Assembly (NCBI GenBank): GCA_965207445.1
Contig: CBDBLX010000002.1
Coordinates: forward strand, 736,001-800,000
Origin: Nitrosopumilus sp.
GTDB lineage: Archaea; Thermoproteota; Nitrososphaeria; Nitrososphaerales; Nitrosopumilaceae
DNA: 64,000 nucleotides
Reading direction: 5' to 3'
Positions within the stretch are counted from its first letter, which is position 1. Each line of letters opens with the position of its first letter. Positions 50,304 to 60,872 of the stretch are shown piece by piece. The notes beneath the pieces were generated by a model. It had not been told where the DNA came from and ran no database searches. It was given only the letters and a program-made list of their open reading frames with translations. The position numbers and the translations under genes are program-made.

Positions 50304-51587
50304 TTGAGTGAACTCTTATTCAAATCCGAATGTCTCAATAAAATCTTAGATGGCAAACATGATATATCATGTGATGATATGGTGAATCTTATATGTTGTG
50401 GCTATGCACTCTCTGAGAACACTGACTCATCTTCCACCTCATCTCAAAGTATATCAGAGTCGACAAATGTAGATGGACTTAATCAAATGCATGCATTTGG
50501 TGACTATACACACAATAACACACAAAATGAAATATTTGCGGCTGCTAGGATCTTGCAGTCTATCCACAAATCTATCACAACAACGTTCTCAAAAAAAGCC
50601 TTTCTCAATGTTGTAAATTTGTGTCGTGATATATGCACTTATTGTACATACAAAGCCGAACCTGGACAACAAAAGTCTACTATGATGTCACGGCGTATGA
50701 TATGTGACTCGTTGCAAATGGCATCCAAATACCGTTGTATTGAGGCTCTCCTAGTCACAGGTGAGCGACCAGAAGAGCGATACGAACAAGCACGACGGTG
50801 GCTTGCAGAAAATGATTTTGAGTCTACTGTTGATTGTCTTGTCTATGCCTCTGAGCAGGCCCTTGAGTTGGGACTCTTTCCACACACAAACGCTGGAAAC
50901 TTGCACAGATCAGAGTTGGCACAACTACAAAAGACAAATGTTTCTATGGGATTGATGCTTGAGACTGACAGCCTAAGACTCTCAAAACCGCACATGGCTC
51001 ATCATTTAGCACCAAGTAAACATCCAAAACAAAGAATTGCAATACTAGAAGAGGCAGGAAGGTTAAAAATTCCAATGACTACTGGAATTTTACTAGGTAT
51101 TGGTGAGACGATAAAAGAAGCAATTTCATCACTTGACACTATACGAAACATACACAAAAAATATGGGCATATACAAGAAGTAATTATACAAAACTTTCAG
51201 CCAAAACCAGATACTGCAATGCGGCGTGCTCCTCCTGCTGACCACGTATACTTTATGACTATTGTTGCTGCATGTCGTATAATGATGCCTAAAATGAATA
51301 TTCAGATTCCACCAAATTTGTCTCCTGATTCATACCGTGACTTTCTCTCAGTTGGAATTAATGACTGGGGTGGCGTCTCTCCACTCACACCTGACTTTGT
51401 AAATCCAGAATTTCCGTGGCCCACAATTGATAAACTCAACTCTGACACTATTGCAGCAGGCCACACATTGGAGTGTAGGTTTCCTGTATATCCTGAGTTT
51501 GTCCATATGGTGCCTACTGATCTTCGTATGCGAATGTCTGAAATAGCACAAGATAATATGTTAGTACAAAAAGAGGTTTGGCAATGA
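50304..51587 (+). CDS. cofG: FO synthase subunit CofG (radical SAM)
   Basis: CRDICTYCTY, PHTNAG, SMGLMLE, QEVIIQNF, GINDWGGVSP. Confidence 0.93.
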   Translation: MSELLFKSECLNKILDGKHDISCDDMVNLICCGYALSENTDSSSTSSQSISESTNVDGLNQMHAFGDYTHNNTQNEIFAAARILQSIHKSITTTFSKKAFLNVVNLCRDICTYCTYKAEPGQQKSTMMSRRMICDSLQMASKYRCIEALLVTGERPEERYEQARRWLAENDFESTVDCLVYASEQALELGLFPHTNAGNLHRSELAQLQKTNVSMGLMLETDSLRLSKPHMAHHLAPSKHPKQRIAILEEAGRLKIPMTTGILLGIGETIKEAISSLDTIRNIHKKYGHIQEVIIQNFQPKPDTAMRRAPPADHVYFMTIVAACRIMMPKMNIQIPPNLSPDSYRDFLSVGINDWGGVSPLTPDFVNPEFPWPTIDKLNSDTIAAGHTLECRFPVYPEFVHMVPTDLRMRMSEIAQDNMLVQKEVWQ

Positions 51588-52915
51588 CTATTAATGCTAC
51601 TATTGACTCTTTTATCACAAAAGACACCGATCCTCAAATATGTGATATCTTGGAGTATGTGTTGTCTGAAGGTGAAATATCTCACCATGATGCTGTAAAG
51701 TTGTATATGGCATCTGATGCAGACGTCCATCTTATTGGAATGGTTGCCGATGAGTTGCGCAAAAGGCGTGTAGGTGATGTGGTCTCTTATGTGGTGAATC
51801 GTAACATTAACTTTACAAATGTGTGCATAAAACAGTGTGGCTTTTGTGCGTTTAGTAGGGACTTTAGGGCCGAAGAGGGCTATTTACTCCCTTCATCTGA
51901 GATTGTAAGACGTGCAAAAGAGGCTTATGAGTTGGGTGCAACTGAGGTGTGCATACAGGCAGGATTGTTACCTGATATGGATGGTGAGTTGTATGAGAAG
52001 ATATGTCGCGAGATAAAACGTGAGATCCCTAATATACACATACATGGATTTTCACCTGAAGAGATAATTTATGGTGCGAGCCGATCAAATGTGTCAATAG
52101 AGGAATTTCTTGTACGACTCAGAACTGCTGGTGTGGATACTCTACCTGGTACGTCTGCTGAGATACTTGATCAAAAATTACGAGATACAATATCACCTGG
52201 ACGTATTACTGTAAAGGATTGGGAGCGTGTCATACGTACTGCCCATCGACTAAACATAAAAACCACATCTACTATGATGTTCGGACATATGGAATCTATC
52301 CCGCAGCGTGTCTCTCACATGATCAAAATACGTGACATACAAAAGGACACTGGTGGGTTTACAGAGTTTGTACCTTTGAATTTTATTCACACCGAAGCAC
52401 CAATGTATCTACACAACATTCATGATAGTATAAAAAAAGGTGGTAGTGGTCAAGATGTGTTGTTGACTCATGCTATTGCCAGAATTATTTTTAACAACTA
52501 TATTGACAATATACAAATGTCATGGGTCAAAGAAGGTCCAAGCATGTCACAAATACTCCTCAAATGGGGTGCTAATGACTTTGGAGGGACATTGATAAAT
52601 GAAAGTATATCTACATCTGCTGGTTCTGCATATGGGCAGCTCTTAAAGCCACGCGAGATAAGACAGATGATACGTGATATAGGACGTATTCCTGCAGAAC
52701 GTGATACCAAATATAACATACTGCGCAAATTTAGCACAAATAATGGTGCAACATACAATGAAGATGACTGCACTGATGACAAGCGTACTGTTAGTCGTGA
52801 CAGTGACAACTCTGTATCACTACTTGATAATGCTGATGCATCTTCTTTTGGCTCATATAATGAACTCATTAAAATATCAAAGTTTAGATATCAAAATCCA
52901 CGTGAAAAAAGATAA
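51584..52915 (+). CDS. cofH: FO synthase subunit CofH (radical SAM)
   Basis: VVNRNINFTNVC.K.CGFCAF, PGTSAEIL, FTEFVPL, GANDFGGTL. Confidence 0.93.
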   Translation: MTINATIDSFITKDTDPQICDILEYVLSEGEISHHDAVKLYMASDADVHLIGMVADELRKRRVGDVVSYVVNRNINFTNVCIKQCGFCAFSRDFRAEEGYLLPSSEIVRRAKEAYELGATEVCIQAGLLPDMDGELYEKICREIKREIPNIHIHGFSPEEIIYGASRSNVSIEEFLVRLRTAGVDTLPGTSAEILDQKLRDTISPGRITVKDWERVIRTAHRLNIKTTSTMMFGHMESIPQRVSHMIKIRDIQKDTGGFTEFVPLNFIHTEAPMYLHNIHDSIKKGGSGQDVLLTHAIARIIFNNYIDNIQMSWVKEGPSMSQILLKWGANDFGGTLINESISTSAGSAYGQLLKPREIRQMIRDIGRIPAERDTKYNILRKFSTNNGATYNEDDCTDDKRTVSRDSDNSVSLLDNADASSFGSYNELIKISKFRYQNPREKR

Positions 52916-53354
52916 CATAATGTTAATTGTGTATACTTGACTTACATATTTAATTATATGCGGTGTATTGGTTTAATTTGCATTTATTGTTTAAATGTAT
53001 GACCATTTTCTTAAAAGACAATTTCCCATCCATCTTTGACACTTTTTTTAATTTAATATATGGATCATCTGCTTTGTCTGGTCTTTTTTGACTTTTAATG
53101 TTGGTAAAAATTTGATCATACAAATGTATTTATTCTTTCCAATGACTTTAACAAATTAATTAAAATATGAGAAAATGCAATCATTACAAAATCTAAATTA
53201 ATTTGTTTATATTCAAATTTTAAATGAATATACTCATCGGGAAAGTTGACTTACACCTTTAATTGATATGCATTTGGATTTTTTATTTTATCATTTAATT
53301 ATGAAATAGTTTTAGATATAAATATAAATATGACCAATTGAGAGAAGAATATTA

Positions 53355-53573
53355 TTGAATAAGAGCTGTCAAGGAATATGCGATATACACAAGAAAAATC
53401 CTTCAATACAATGTGGACATCCATATCAAAATGGGTATAAGCGATGTCGTGTGTGCCGTGTCTGGTTTCATACTACTGATACATATTGTATTTGTTGTGG
53501 ATTTTATTTATCGACTCATAGAAGAAGTGGTGTGGGTAAACTTGTAGACGAAGAAGGCATAAAGCGGTATTGA
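53355..53573 (+). CDS. Small Cys-rich zinc-finger protein
   Basis: CQGIC..H...KRCRVC...CICCG pattern. Confidence 0.65.
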   Translation: MNKSCQGICDIHKKNPSIQCGHPYQNGYKRCRVCRVWFHTTDTYCICCGFYLSTHRRSGVGKLVDEEGIKRY

Positions 53574-53777
53574 CTGAAACCTATATGATATTATTGAATT
53601 GCCATACTAGTGTGAGAACTAAGACATATGCGATGATCATTTAGTACTCGTTGATTAGTCTGATATTGCAATCTACATAAAACTCATGTTTGGCTTTTTT
53701 GACTTGGCTTTGTACTATCATATTTGCCGTGAGCTAAAATACCTTAAGACTAATGTGATTGAATTCTTGTTGTATTA

Positions 53778-54227
53778 TTGTATATGAATATTATTTTTCA
53801 TTTTAGCTTGATTGTTTTGACTCACATCATCTTATTTATAGAGTTATTAAGGACGTACCGTACTGGTACGGTATGTGTGCCAAGCTCTCGTATCTTCCAC
53901 TTGAGACTTGAGACTGCAGAGAACTTTGATCGATTTATCATACACAAGGAGTTTGTTATTGGTAATTCCGTAAAGGCCAAAGTTCGTAATTATAACACAT
54001 TATCAATACTAAAATTACTGTCTCAACTGCGAGGGGGATCAAAAACACATTCTAAATTGTTTACAGCATCGATGTTTCGATTTCGAGGATCGTTTCAAGA
54101 TTATCTTAACTTGTGCATTGATTATGGTTTTATCAAAATGTCTCATGTCCGCAAAAAAACATTTTATGAAATTACTACCAAAGGTTTAATGTTGATTCAA
54201 ATCTTTGCTATTGACAAAGATAATTAA
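53778..54227 (+). CDS. Winged-helix DNA-binding protein (true start probably downstream)
   Basis: SF.DYLNLC..YGFI.......YEITTKG..L wHTH signature. Confidence 0.7.
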   Translation: MYMNIIFHFSLIVLTHIILFIELLRTYRTGTVCVPSSRIFHLRLETAENFDRFIIHKEFVIGNSVKAKVRNYNTLSILKLLSQLRGGSKTHSKLFTASMFRFRGSFQDYLNLCIDYGFIKMSHVRKKTFYEITTKGLMLIQIFAIDKDN

Positions 54228-54306
54228 CACCTTGTATGTATGGGTTTTTGTATTTGCCACACGTATATTATCAAAAATTGTTTACATATGGGAGTTTGAT
54301 GCTTTA

Positions 54307-55353
54307 GTGCCCATTACATACAAGTCTGTTGGTGTGGATATATCCTCGATCAAAAAGAGTCAGAAGCGCATAGGTCGTATAATATCTGGAACACACAAAT
54401 CTCAAAGTACTGCAAAAGTCGAGCATGGGTTTGGGCATTATGCTGGTATCGTTAAGATACATGGCGGCTCTCGTATAGCTACCCACACTGATGGAGTTGG
54501 AACTAAAGTATTGATTGCAAATGCTCTAAAACAATATGATACTGTTGGCATTGACTGTGTTGCAATGAATGTCAATGATATAATATGTACTGGTGCAACA
54601 CCTATATCATTTGTCAATTATATTGCTGCAAATCAAAATGATACTGAAAAGTTTGCAGATATTGTAAAGGGACTTGCTAGTGGTGCAAAAAAAGGAATGG
54701 TACCGATAGTGGGTGGTGAAACTGCTATTATGCCGGGACTTTTTGGTTGCAAAAAAAACACTAACAAATTTGAATTTGATCTTGCAGGAACCGTCGTTGG
54801 TGTTTTACCTTTGAAAAAAAATGTAATGGGTGATTGCATATCTGCAAATGATGTAATTATTGGTGCACACAGTACTGGAATTCATTCAAATGGTTATACA
54901 CTTGCCCGTGAGGCACTCAAAGATGTATCTCTTGACTCTAAATTATATCGAGGCGGACCAACGTTTGGTGATGCATTACTCAAACCTACTGAGATCTATG
55001 TAAAACCTGTACTTGATGCATTAAACGATCGTACTGTATCGATACATGGGTTGGCTCATATAACCGGCGGTGCGTTTACAAAATTGCAACGTCTCAATAC
55101 TCGTGTGGGATTTAAAATTGATCATATGCCACAAATACCATCTATAATTAAAGCAGTAATGGAACATGGAAAGATATCACTTGATGAAATGTATCGTACA
55201 TTTAACATGGGTGTAGGATTTTGTGTGATTGCACCCGTCGAGTCTTCTATTGCAATTAAAAAAACATTTTCTAAATATCGAATCAAAACCACTGTAATTG
55301 GTAAGATTACTAAAAAAAGTGGCGTAACTGTAAACTCTATTAAAATCACATGA
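54307..55353 (+). CDS. purM: Phosphoribosylaminoimidazole synthetase
   Basis: ITYKSVGVDI, TDGVGTK, VGGETAIMPG, STGIHSNGY, AHITGG, TFNMGVG; GTG 54307 inferred. Confidence 0.95.
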   Translation: MPITYKSVGVDISSIKKSQKRIGRIISGTHKSQSTAKVEHGFGHYAGIVKIHGGSRIATHTDGVGTKVLIANALKQYDTVGIDCVAMNVNDIICTGATPISFVNYIAANQNDTEKFADIVKGLASGAKKGMVPIVGGETAIMPGLFGCKKNTNKFEFDLAGTVVGVLPLKKNVMGDCISANDVIIGAHSTGIHSNGYTLAREALKDVSLDSKLYRGGPTFGDALLKPTEIYVKPVLDALNDRTVSIHGLAHITGGAFTKLQRLNTRVGFKIDHMPQIPSIIKAVMEHGKISLDEMYRTFNMGVGFCVIAPVESSIAIKKTFSKYRIKTTVIGKITKKSGVTVNSIKIT

Positions 55354-55383
55354 TTCTTTTTGGTCATCATTGTAATGTGTTGA

Positions 55384-55460
55384 TGATGTGTTCATGATGT
55401 GTTTGTGATGTGTTTGTGATGTGCTCATGATGTGTTTGTGATGTGCTCATGATGTGTATT
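55384..55460. repeat. Intergenic 11-bp minisatellite, about 7 units
   Basis: TGATGTG(T/C)T(TG/CA) in tandem. Confidence 0.85.
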
Positions 55461-55659
55461 TTGAGGACATGTATCAAATATAAAAAACGATCACATTAGT
55501 ATTATTTACAGTTTTTAGCCACATTTAAAAATGATTAAAATAAATATATGTTTTATATATTTATAATATTAAATGTTGTAATTTTGTGTGTTTTTGTGTA
55601 ATCTAAGTTTACGATAGTTTGTTTTTCATATATATTGTCGATTTAAGTGATGTTGTAAT

Positions 55660-56934
55660 ATGGTAGCCGAAGCAGGTTTCGTTGAAGTTATAATTGCAGT
55701 TGGTATTCTTTTGTTTGCTGCAAAGTTGATGGCAGAGCTATTTTTGAGGCTCAATTTACCAATTGTACTTGGCGAACTGCTTGCAGGAATGATTGTGGGT
55801 CCATTTGCATTAGGTTCGTTTTTTATACTTGATGGCAGACATGTATTAGAAATAACCCCTGAGATCAAATTGTTAGGTGAGATTGGTGCCATTGTAATCT
55901 TGTTTATGGCAGGACTTGAGATGACGCCTAGAGAGTTTCTTCGAGGTGGCAAGGCATCATTTACAATAGGTACGTTGGGTGTTGTTGTCCCGTTCTTTGT
56001 AGGGTTGTTGGTATTTCAATGGTATGGATTTGATGCACTCCAGTCTATGATGGTCGCCACTGCATTGACTGCTACAAGTATTGCAATATCTGTACAAGTG
56101 TTAAACGAACTTGGCAAGCTAAAGTCACCTGAAGCACGATTGATCATAGGTGCTGCTATTGTAGATGACATTCTTGCAATTGCTGTACTCTCTGTAGTGA
56201 CATCACTTGCAACTGATGCATCAGGACTTGATAATCTTAACGTTATTGATGTTACGTGGACCATACTTAAAGTATTGGGATTCTTTGTTGCAATGTTGAT
56301 TGCATCTATAGTGATAATGCCGCGACTAATGTCTACAAGATTTTGGAAGGCAGAAGGAAGCGTTGAGGCAATAGCAACTGCATCGTTTTTTGGAGCTGCT
56401 GCTTTTGCAGGATCTATAGGACTATCCCCGATAGTTGGTGCCTTTGCGGTAGGTATGGCTTTGTCCACTACAAATACATTTAAAAAAGTAAATATGTATA
56501 CGAAAAAAATAGCGCTAATATTTGCCCCACTGTTCTTTTCTATTATAGGTGCTCAAGTAGACTTTAGGTCCGTAGACCTTACTGTCTTGGGATTGACAGG
56601 AGTGATAATGGTTATTGCAATTGCGACTAAATTTTTTGGATGTGGGCTTCCTGCAATGTTCTTTCTCAAGAGCAGGATACGTGGAATGCGTGTTGGAGTA
56701 GGTATGGTATCTCGTGGTGAAGTGGGTTTGATTGTTGCAGGTGTTGGAGTAGGTGCTGGAATTTTGACATCTGAGATTTACTCTACTGTAATTATAATGG
56801 TTGCACTAACAACGATAATTACTCCTATATGGCTCAAGATGTTGTACAAAAATGAAACTTCAACTGAGCCATCAAAGAGTGAAGGTGATGAATCTGGGAA
56901 TGATGAGTCAAAGGGCGAGCGTGTCATTTCTTGA
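55660..56934 (+). CDS. Cation:proton antiporter (CPA2 / NapA-like)
   Basis: GELLAGMIVGP, LF.AGLE, TATSIAI, AAIVDD, SRGEV. Confidence 0.92.
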   Translation: MVAEAGFVEVIIAVGILLFAAKLMAELFLRLNLPIVLGELLAGMIVGPFALGSFFILDGRHVLEITPEIKLLGEIGAIVILFMAGLEMTPREFLRGGKASFTIGTLGVVVPFFVGLLVFQWYGFDALQSMMVATALTATSIAISVQVLNELGKLKSPEARLIIGAAIVDDILAIAVLSVVTSLATDASGLDNLNVIDVTWTILKVLGFFVAMLIASIVIMPRLMSTRFWKAEGSVEAIATASFFGAAAFAGSIGLSPIVGAFAVGMALSTTNTFKKVNMYTKKIALIFAPLFFSIIGAQVDFRSVDLTVLGLTGVIMVIAIATKFFGCGLPAMFFLKSRIRGMRVGVGMVSRGEVGLIVAGVGVGAGILTSEIYSTVIIMVALTTIITPIWLKMLYKNETSTEPSKSEGDESGNDESKGERVIS

Positions 56935-57010
56935 TATTTTATGTATTTAATTATGTTGTTGTGATACTGGATATTGTGTATAGTGACTTTAAAAACACCA
57001 ACCAGGTGAC

Positions 57011-58807
57011 TTGCATGTGACTGCTATGACTAGTAACCAAACTGACACTATGATGCAACTTGCCTGTGATGAGATCGTCAATATAATATCATCTAATATT
57101 GGCATGTATAATAGTCACAAACGTCTGCGTAGAGTGGTATTTGATGTGTGCTCAAAGTATGCACTATCTCGTGTACCAAAGAACCATGAAATTTTATCAT
57201 CAGCAGTACAAAAAAACAAGAGTTGTATCATTAATGATGATACTTTTCAAACACTTCGTCACATATTGCTCAAGAAACCTGCCAAAACTGCATCTGGTGT
57301 TGCAATTATTGCTATAATGCCAAAGCCATTTGCATGCCCTCATGGACGGTGTACATACTGTCCTGGTGGTCCAGAATACAACACTCCTAATAGCTATACG
57401 GGAGCAGAACCTCCTGCAATTGATGCTATGTCTAATGACTATGCTCCGATTCCGCAGATACAAACAAAACTCGAGCAACTCTGTAAGTTTGGGCATGATA
57501 CATCAAAGACTGAGATTGTAATTGTTGGTGGAACGTTTCTCTTTATGCCTAAATCATACAGATACAATTACATAAAATCATGCTATGATGCATTGAATGG
57601 ATTTTCATCTGATACACTACAACAAGCACAACAGGCAAACGAGCAGGCCTCTGTGCGAAACGTGGGATTTACAATAGAGACAAAACCTGATTATTGTAAG
57701 ATACCTCATATCGATGATATGTTAGAGTATGGTGTCACGCGCGTAGAGATCGGAGTGCAGTCTCTTCGGAACCGTGTGTATGACATTGTTAACCGAGGAC
57801 ACACATATGATGATGTAGTGGAATCGTTTCAACTTGCCAAAGATGCAGGATACAAGATTGTAGCTCACATGATGCCTGGACTTCCAACCATGACACCTGA
57901 GGATGATATTGCTGATTTTGCAAAATTATACAATGACTCTGATCTAAAACCTGATATGTTAAAGATATATCCGTCCCTTGTCATAAAGGGAACTACATTA
58001 TATGATGAATATGTTGCAGGTCGGTATATACCATACTCTGATCATGATATAATAAATGTCCTCGCAGAAGCAAAGTCACGCATCCCCAAATGGGTTCGTA
58101 TAATGCGTATTCAGCGAGAGATCCCGCCGTCTCAGATTATTGCAGGACCCAAACAAGGAAATCTCCGCCAGATTGTACGTGATATACTAAAGAGACGTGG
58201 TACCCCTTGCAAATGTATAAGATGTAGAGAAGTGGGCTTATCCACTGCCACTAATACTGCAAATTGTGCCCCTCTGCCCAAAGTAGATGATCTACATATG
58301 GATGTCGTATATTATGATTCGTCAAATGGCAGAGAAGCTTTTGTATCGTATGAGGATGATCTAGGGAGAATATATGGATTTGTTCGTTTGCGCAAGCCAA
58401 GCTGCAATGCACACAGGCCTGAAATTTTGGGCGGATCTGAGAGTGTATCTAATGTTCGTATACATAAAAATCATGGGCCAGATAATGATTATCAAAATAC
58501 AAACAACACTGATAATGGCATCACAACATGTATAATACGCGAACTACATGTCTATGGACAAACTGTTAAAGTTGGTTCTGATACTGATTCACTTTCAGAT
58601 TTTGGATATTTTAATACACATGATAACATAACTACGATTCAACATTCTGGTCTTGGGAGGCAATTGATGAGTGCTGCTGAGGATATTGCACGCACCAAAT
58701 TCAGGGCACAACGACTACTTGTAATAAGTGCAGTTGGAACTAGACCATATTATAGAAAGTTAGGCTACTCGTTATATGGGCCATACATGTCAAAGGATTT
58801 AGTATGA
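57011..58807 (+). CDS. elp3: tRNA uridine(34) acetyltransferase Elp3 (radical SAM plus GNAT)
   Basis: CPHGRCTYCPGG, TIETKPD, RELHVYG, QHSGLG, ISAVGTRPYY. Confidence 0.94.
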   Translation: MHVTAMTSNQTDTMMQLACDEIVNIISSNIGMYNSHKRLRRVVFDVCSKYALSRVPKNHEILSSAVQKNKSCIINDDTFQTLRHILLKKPAKTASGVAIIAIMPKPFACPHGRCTYCPGGPEYNTPNSYTGAEPPAIDAMSNDYAPIPQIQTKLEQLCKFGHDTSKTEIVIVGGTFLFMPKSYRYNYIKSCYDALNGFSSDTLQQAQQANEQASVRNVGFTIETKPDYCKIPHIDDMLEYGVTRVEIGVQSLRNRVYDIVNRGHTYDDVVESFQLAKDAGYKIVAHMMPGLPTMTPEDDIADFAKLYNDSDLKPDMLKIYPSLVIKGTTLYDEYVAGRYIPYSDHDIINVLAEAKSRIPKWVRIMRIQREIPPSQIIAGPKQGNLRQIVRDILKRRGTPCKCIRCREVGLSTATNTANCAPLPKVDDLHMDVVYYDSSNGREAFVSYEDDLGRIYGFVRLRKPSCNAHRPEILGGSESVSNVRIHKNHGPDNDYQNTNNTDNGITTCIIRELHVYGQTVKVGSDTDSLSDFGYFNTHDNITTIQHSGLGRQLMSAAEDIARTKFRAQRLLVISAVGTRPYYRKLGYSLYGPYMSKDLV

Positions 58808-58824
58808 ATGGTAGTGTGGTATGA

Positions 58825-60501
58825 TTGAGTTCTAATATGATTGATGATGTGCTTGATGATACGACAAAGATGATAGGCCATGGAACGTGGCTTGATAAGC
58901 TTGCAGACGAGATGATAAAACGAGAGAAAAAACTTCAACGTAGCACAAAGATGCTTGTAGTTGAGAGCGGCCTTGGAGCATCTGGCATTCCTCATATTGG
59001 AAGTTTGGGTGATGCTGTGCGTGCATATGGTATCAAGCTGGCACTTGGCAATATGGGTTATGACTCAAAATTGATAGCTTACTCTGATGATCTTGATGGA
59101 TTACGCAAAATACCTCAGGGACTTCCTGATTCGCTTGAAGAACACTTGGGAAAACCCGTATCACTTATTCCTGACCCATTTTCTACTCATGAGTCTTATG
59201 GTATGCATATGAGTAGCATACTTCTTGATGGACTTGATCGTATGGGCATTAAATATGAATTTCGACGTGCGTATGATACGTATCGCAAAGGACTACTTGA
59301 GAATCAAATTCACACAATTTTGACAAAGAGCTCTCAGATAGGCAAACAGATTGAAGATATGGTAGGTCAGTCTAAATATCGTGATAACACTCTACCATAC
59401 TTTCCTGTATGTGCATCTTGCAACAAACTATACACTGCCCGTGCAACTGACTATGTAGAATCTGAGCGTAAAGTGTTGTATGTGTGCTGTGATGTACAGA
59501 TGAATCAACGTGTAATTCGTGGATGTGGGTACACTGGAGAATCTGACATAAGACGCGATCTTGGCAAGTTGGCATGGAAAGTAGAGTTTGCAGCTAGATG
59601 GGCCGCATTTGATGTAAGATTTGAGGCATATGGCAAAGACATCATGGACTCTGTAAAGGTAAATGACTGGGTAGCAGAGAATATTTTGGGATTTGCGCAT
59701 CCTCACCATGCTAAATATGAGATGTTCCTTGACAAAGGGGGCAAAAAGATATCGAAATCTGCTGGAAACGTACTGACTGCTCAAAGATGGCTAGAGTTTG
59801 CAACTCCTCAATCTGTTTTGTTACTGCTCTACAAACGAATAGCAGGCGCTCGTGAGCTTGGAATAGATGGTGATGTTCCATCACTGATGGATGAGTTCAA
59901 TGAGCTTGAAGACATATACTTTGATAAACGCATACGCAAGGACCTAAAAAATAACCCTGCTAAACTTGCCAAATCAAAAGGACTGTACTTGTATGCAAAT
60001 CTTTTGAATCCTCCGCAAAAACCTAGTATACATGTCAGTTACATGCTGGTTGTAAAACTAGCACAAATATACAAAAATAATCCTGATCGCAGCAAATCTG
60101 TAATCTCAAAATTATTAGAATATGGTGCAATTACAGAATCAGATGCGCAGATAGAACATCTTGTAAAATTGGCTACTACATATGCAGATGAATTTGCAGA
60201 TGAAAAACATGAACACGACTCTACTATACACATTGATCAAAGTATTCGAGATACCTTACTTGAGATTGCGCAATTGTTTGATTCTATTGTTGATACGCGT
60301 AATACTGCTGATAATTTACCTGATCAAATTCAAACTACCATATATAACACTGCAAAGTCAAACAATGTATTGCCAAAAGATGTTTTTTCTGCTTTGTATG
60401 GTGTGATACTTGGCTCAAACAGAGGTCCTCGTATTGGTCCGCTCATATGTGACATTGGAGCAGAACATGTGGCACAACTCATCAGGGAACGTGTTAGTTG
60501 A
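58825..60501 (+). CDS. lysS: Lysine--tRNA ligase, class I
   Basis: SG.GASG.PHIG, GKL.WKVEFAARW, KISKS, GPRIG. Confidence 0.95.
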   Translation: MSSNMIDDVLDDTTKMIGHGTWLDKLADEMIKREKKLQRSTKMLVVESGLGASGIPHIGSLGDAVRAYGIKLALGNMGYDSKLIAYSDDLDGLRKIPQGLPDSLEEHLGKPVSLIPDPFSTHESYGMHMSSILLDGLDRMGIKYEFRRAYDTYRKGLLENQIHTILTKSSQIGKQIEDMVGQSKYRDNTLPYFPVCASCNKLYTARATDYVESERKVLYVCCDVQMNQRVIRGCGYTGESDIRRDLGKLAWKVEFAARWAAFDVRFEAYGKDIMDSVKVNDWVAENILGFAHPHHAKYEMFLDKGGKKISKSAGNVLTAQRWLEFATPQSVLLLLYKRIAGARELGIDGDVPSLMDEFNELEDIYFDKRIRKDLKNNPAKLAKSKGLYLYANLLNPPQKPSIHVSYMLVVKLAQIYKNNPDRSKSVISKLLEYGAITESDAQIEHLVKLATTYADEFADEKHEHDSTIHIDQSIRDTLLEIAQLFDSIVDTRNTADNLPDQIQTTIYNTAKSNNVLPKDVFSALYGVILGSNRGPRIGPLICDIGAEHVAQLIRERVS

Positions 60502-60704
60502 TGGTGCACACTGAGCACAACAGATCTAAAAACGGAAGTTGGTTTGCTCTAATAATATTTGGAGCAATTATGCTATTCTTAGCACCTAGTATACATCCAA
60601 CTGAACCGGAGATGGGTGTTGCTGCATTTGTAGTGGGTTTGGTGATCGGGGGATTGGGATTCTTTTTGCGCTTTGTTCATGGCAGAGGCAAGAACTCTGG
60701 TTAA
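60498..60704 (+). CDS. Small two-TM membrane protein
   Basis: Overlaps the lysS stop; two hydrophobic helices. Confidence 0.65.
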   Translation: MMVHTEHNRSKNGSWFALIIFGAIMLFLAPSIHPTEPEMGVAAFVVGLVIGGLGFFLRFVHGRGKNSG

Positions 60705-60872
60705 ATTGTTTGTAGTTGTGTTTACTGTCACAATTGTTTGTTGTTGTAGTCAGTATACGTTGCAATCGTATATGTTGCAATCGTATATGATCAATATATA
60801 ATAAACATATGATCAATATACTGAATATCTCAAGATCGCAAAGTTCATTTTTTAGTATTTTTGAGTGTATTC

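Noticed and set aside
55373..55460. Possible CRISPR array
   Set aside because: The 11-bp units are in direct tandem with no unique spacers and there are no cas genes; it is a minisatellite.
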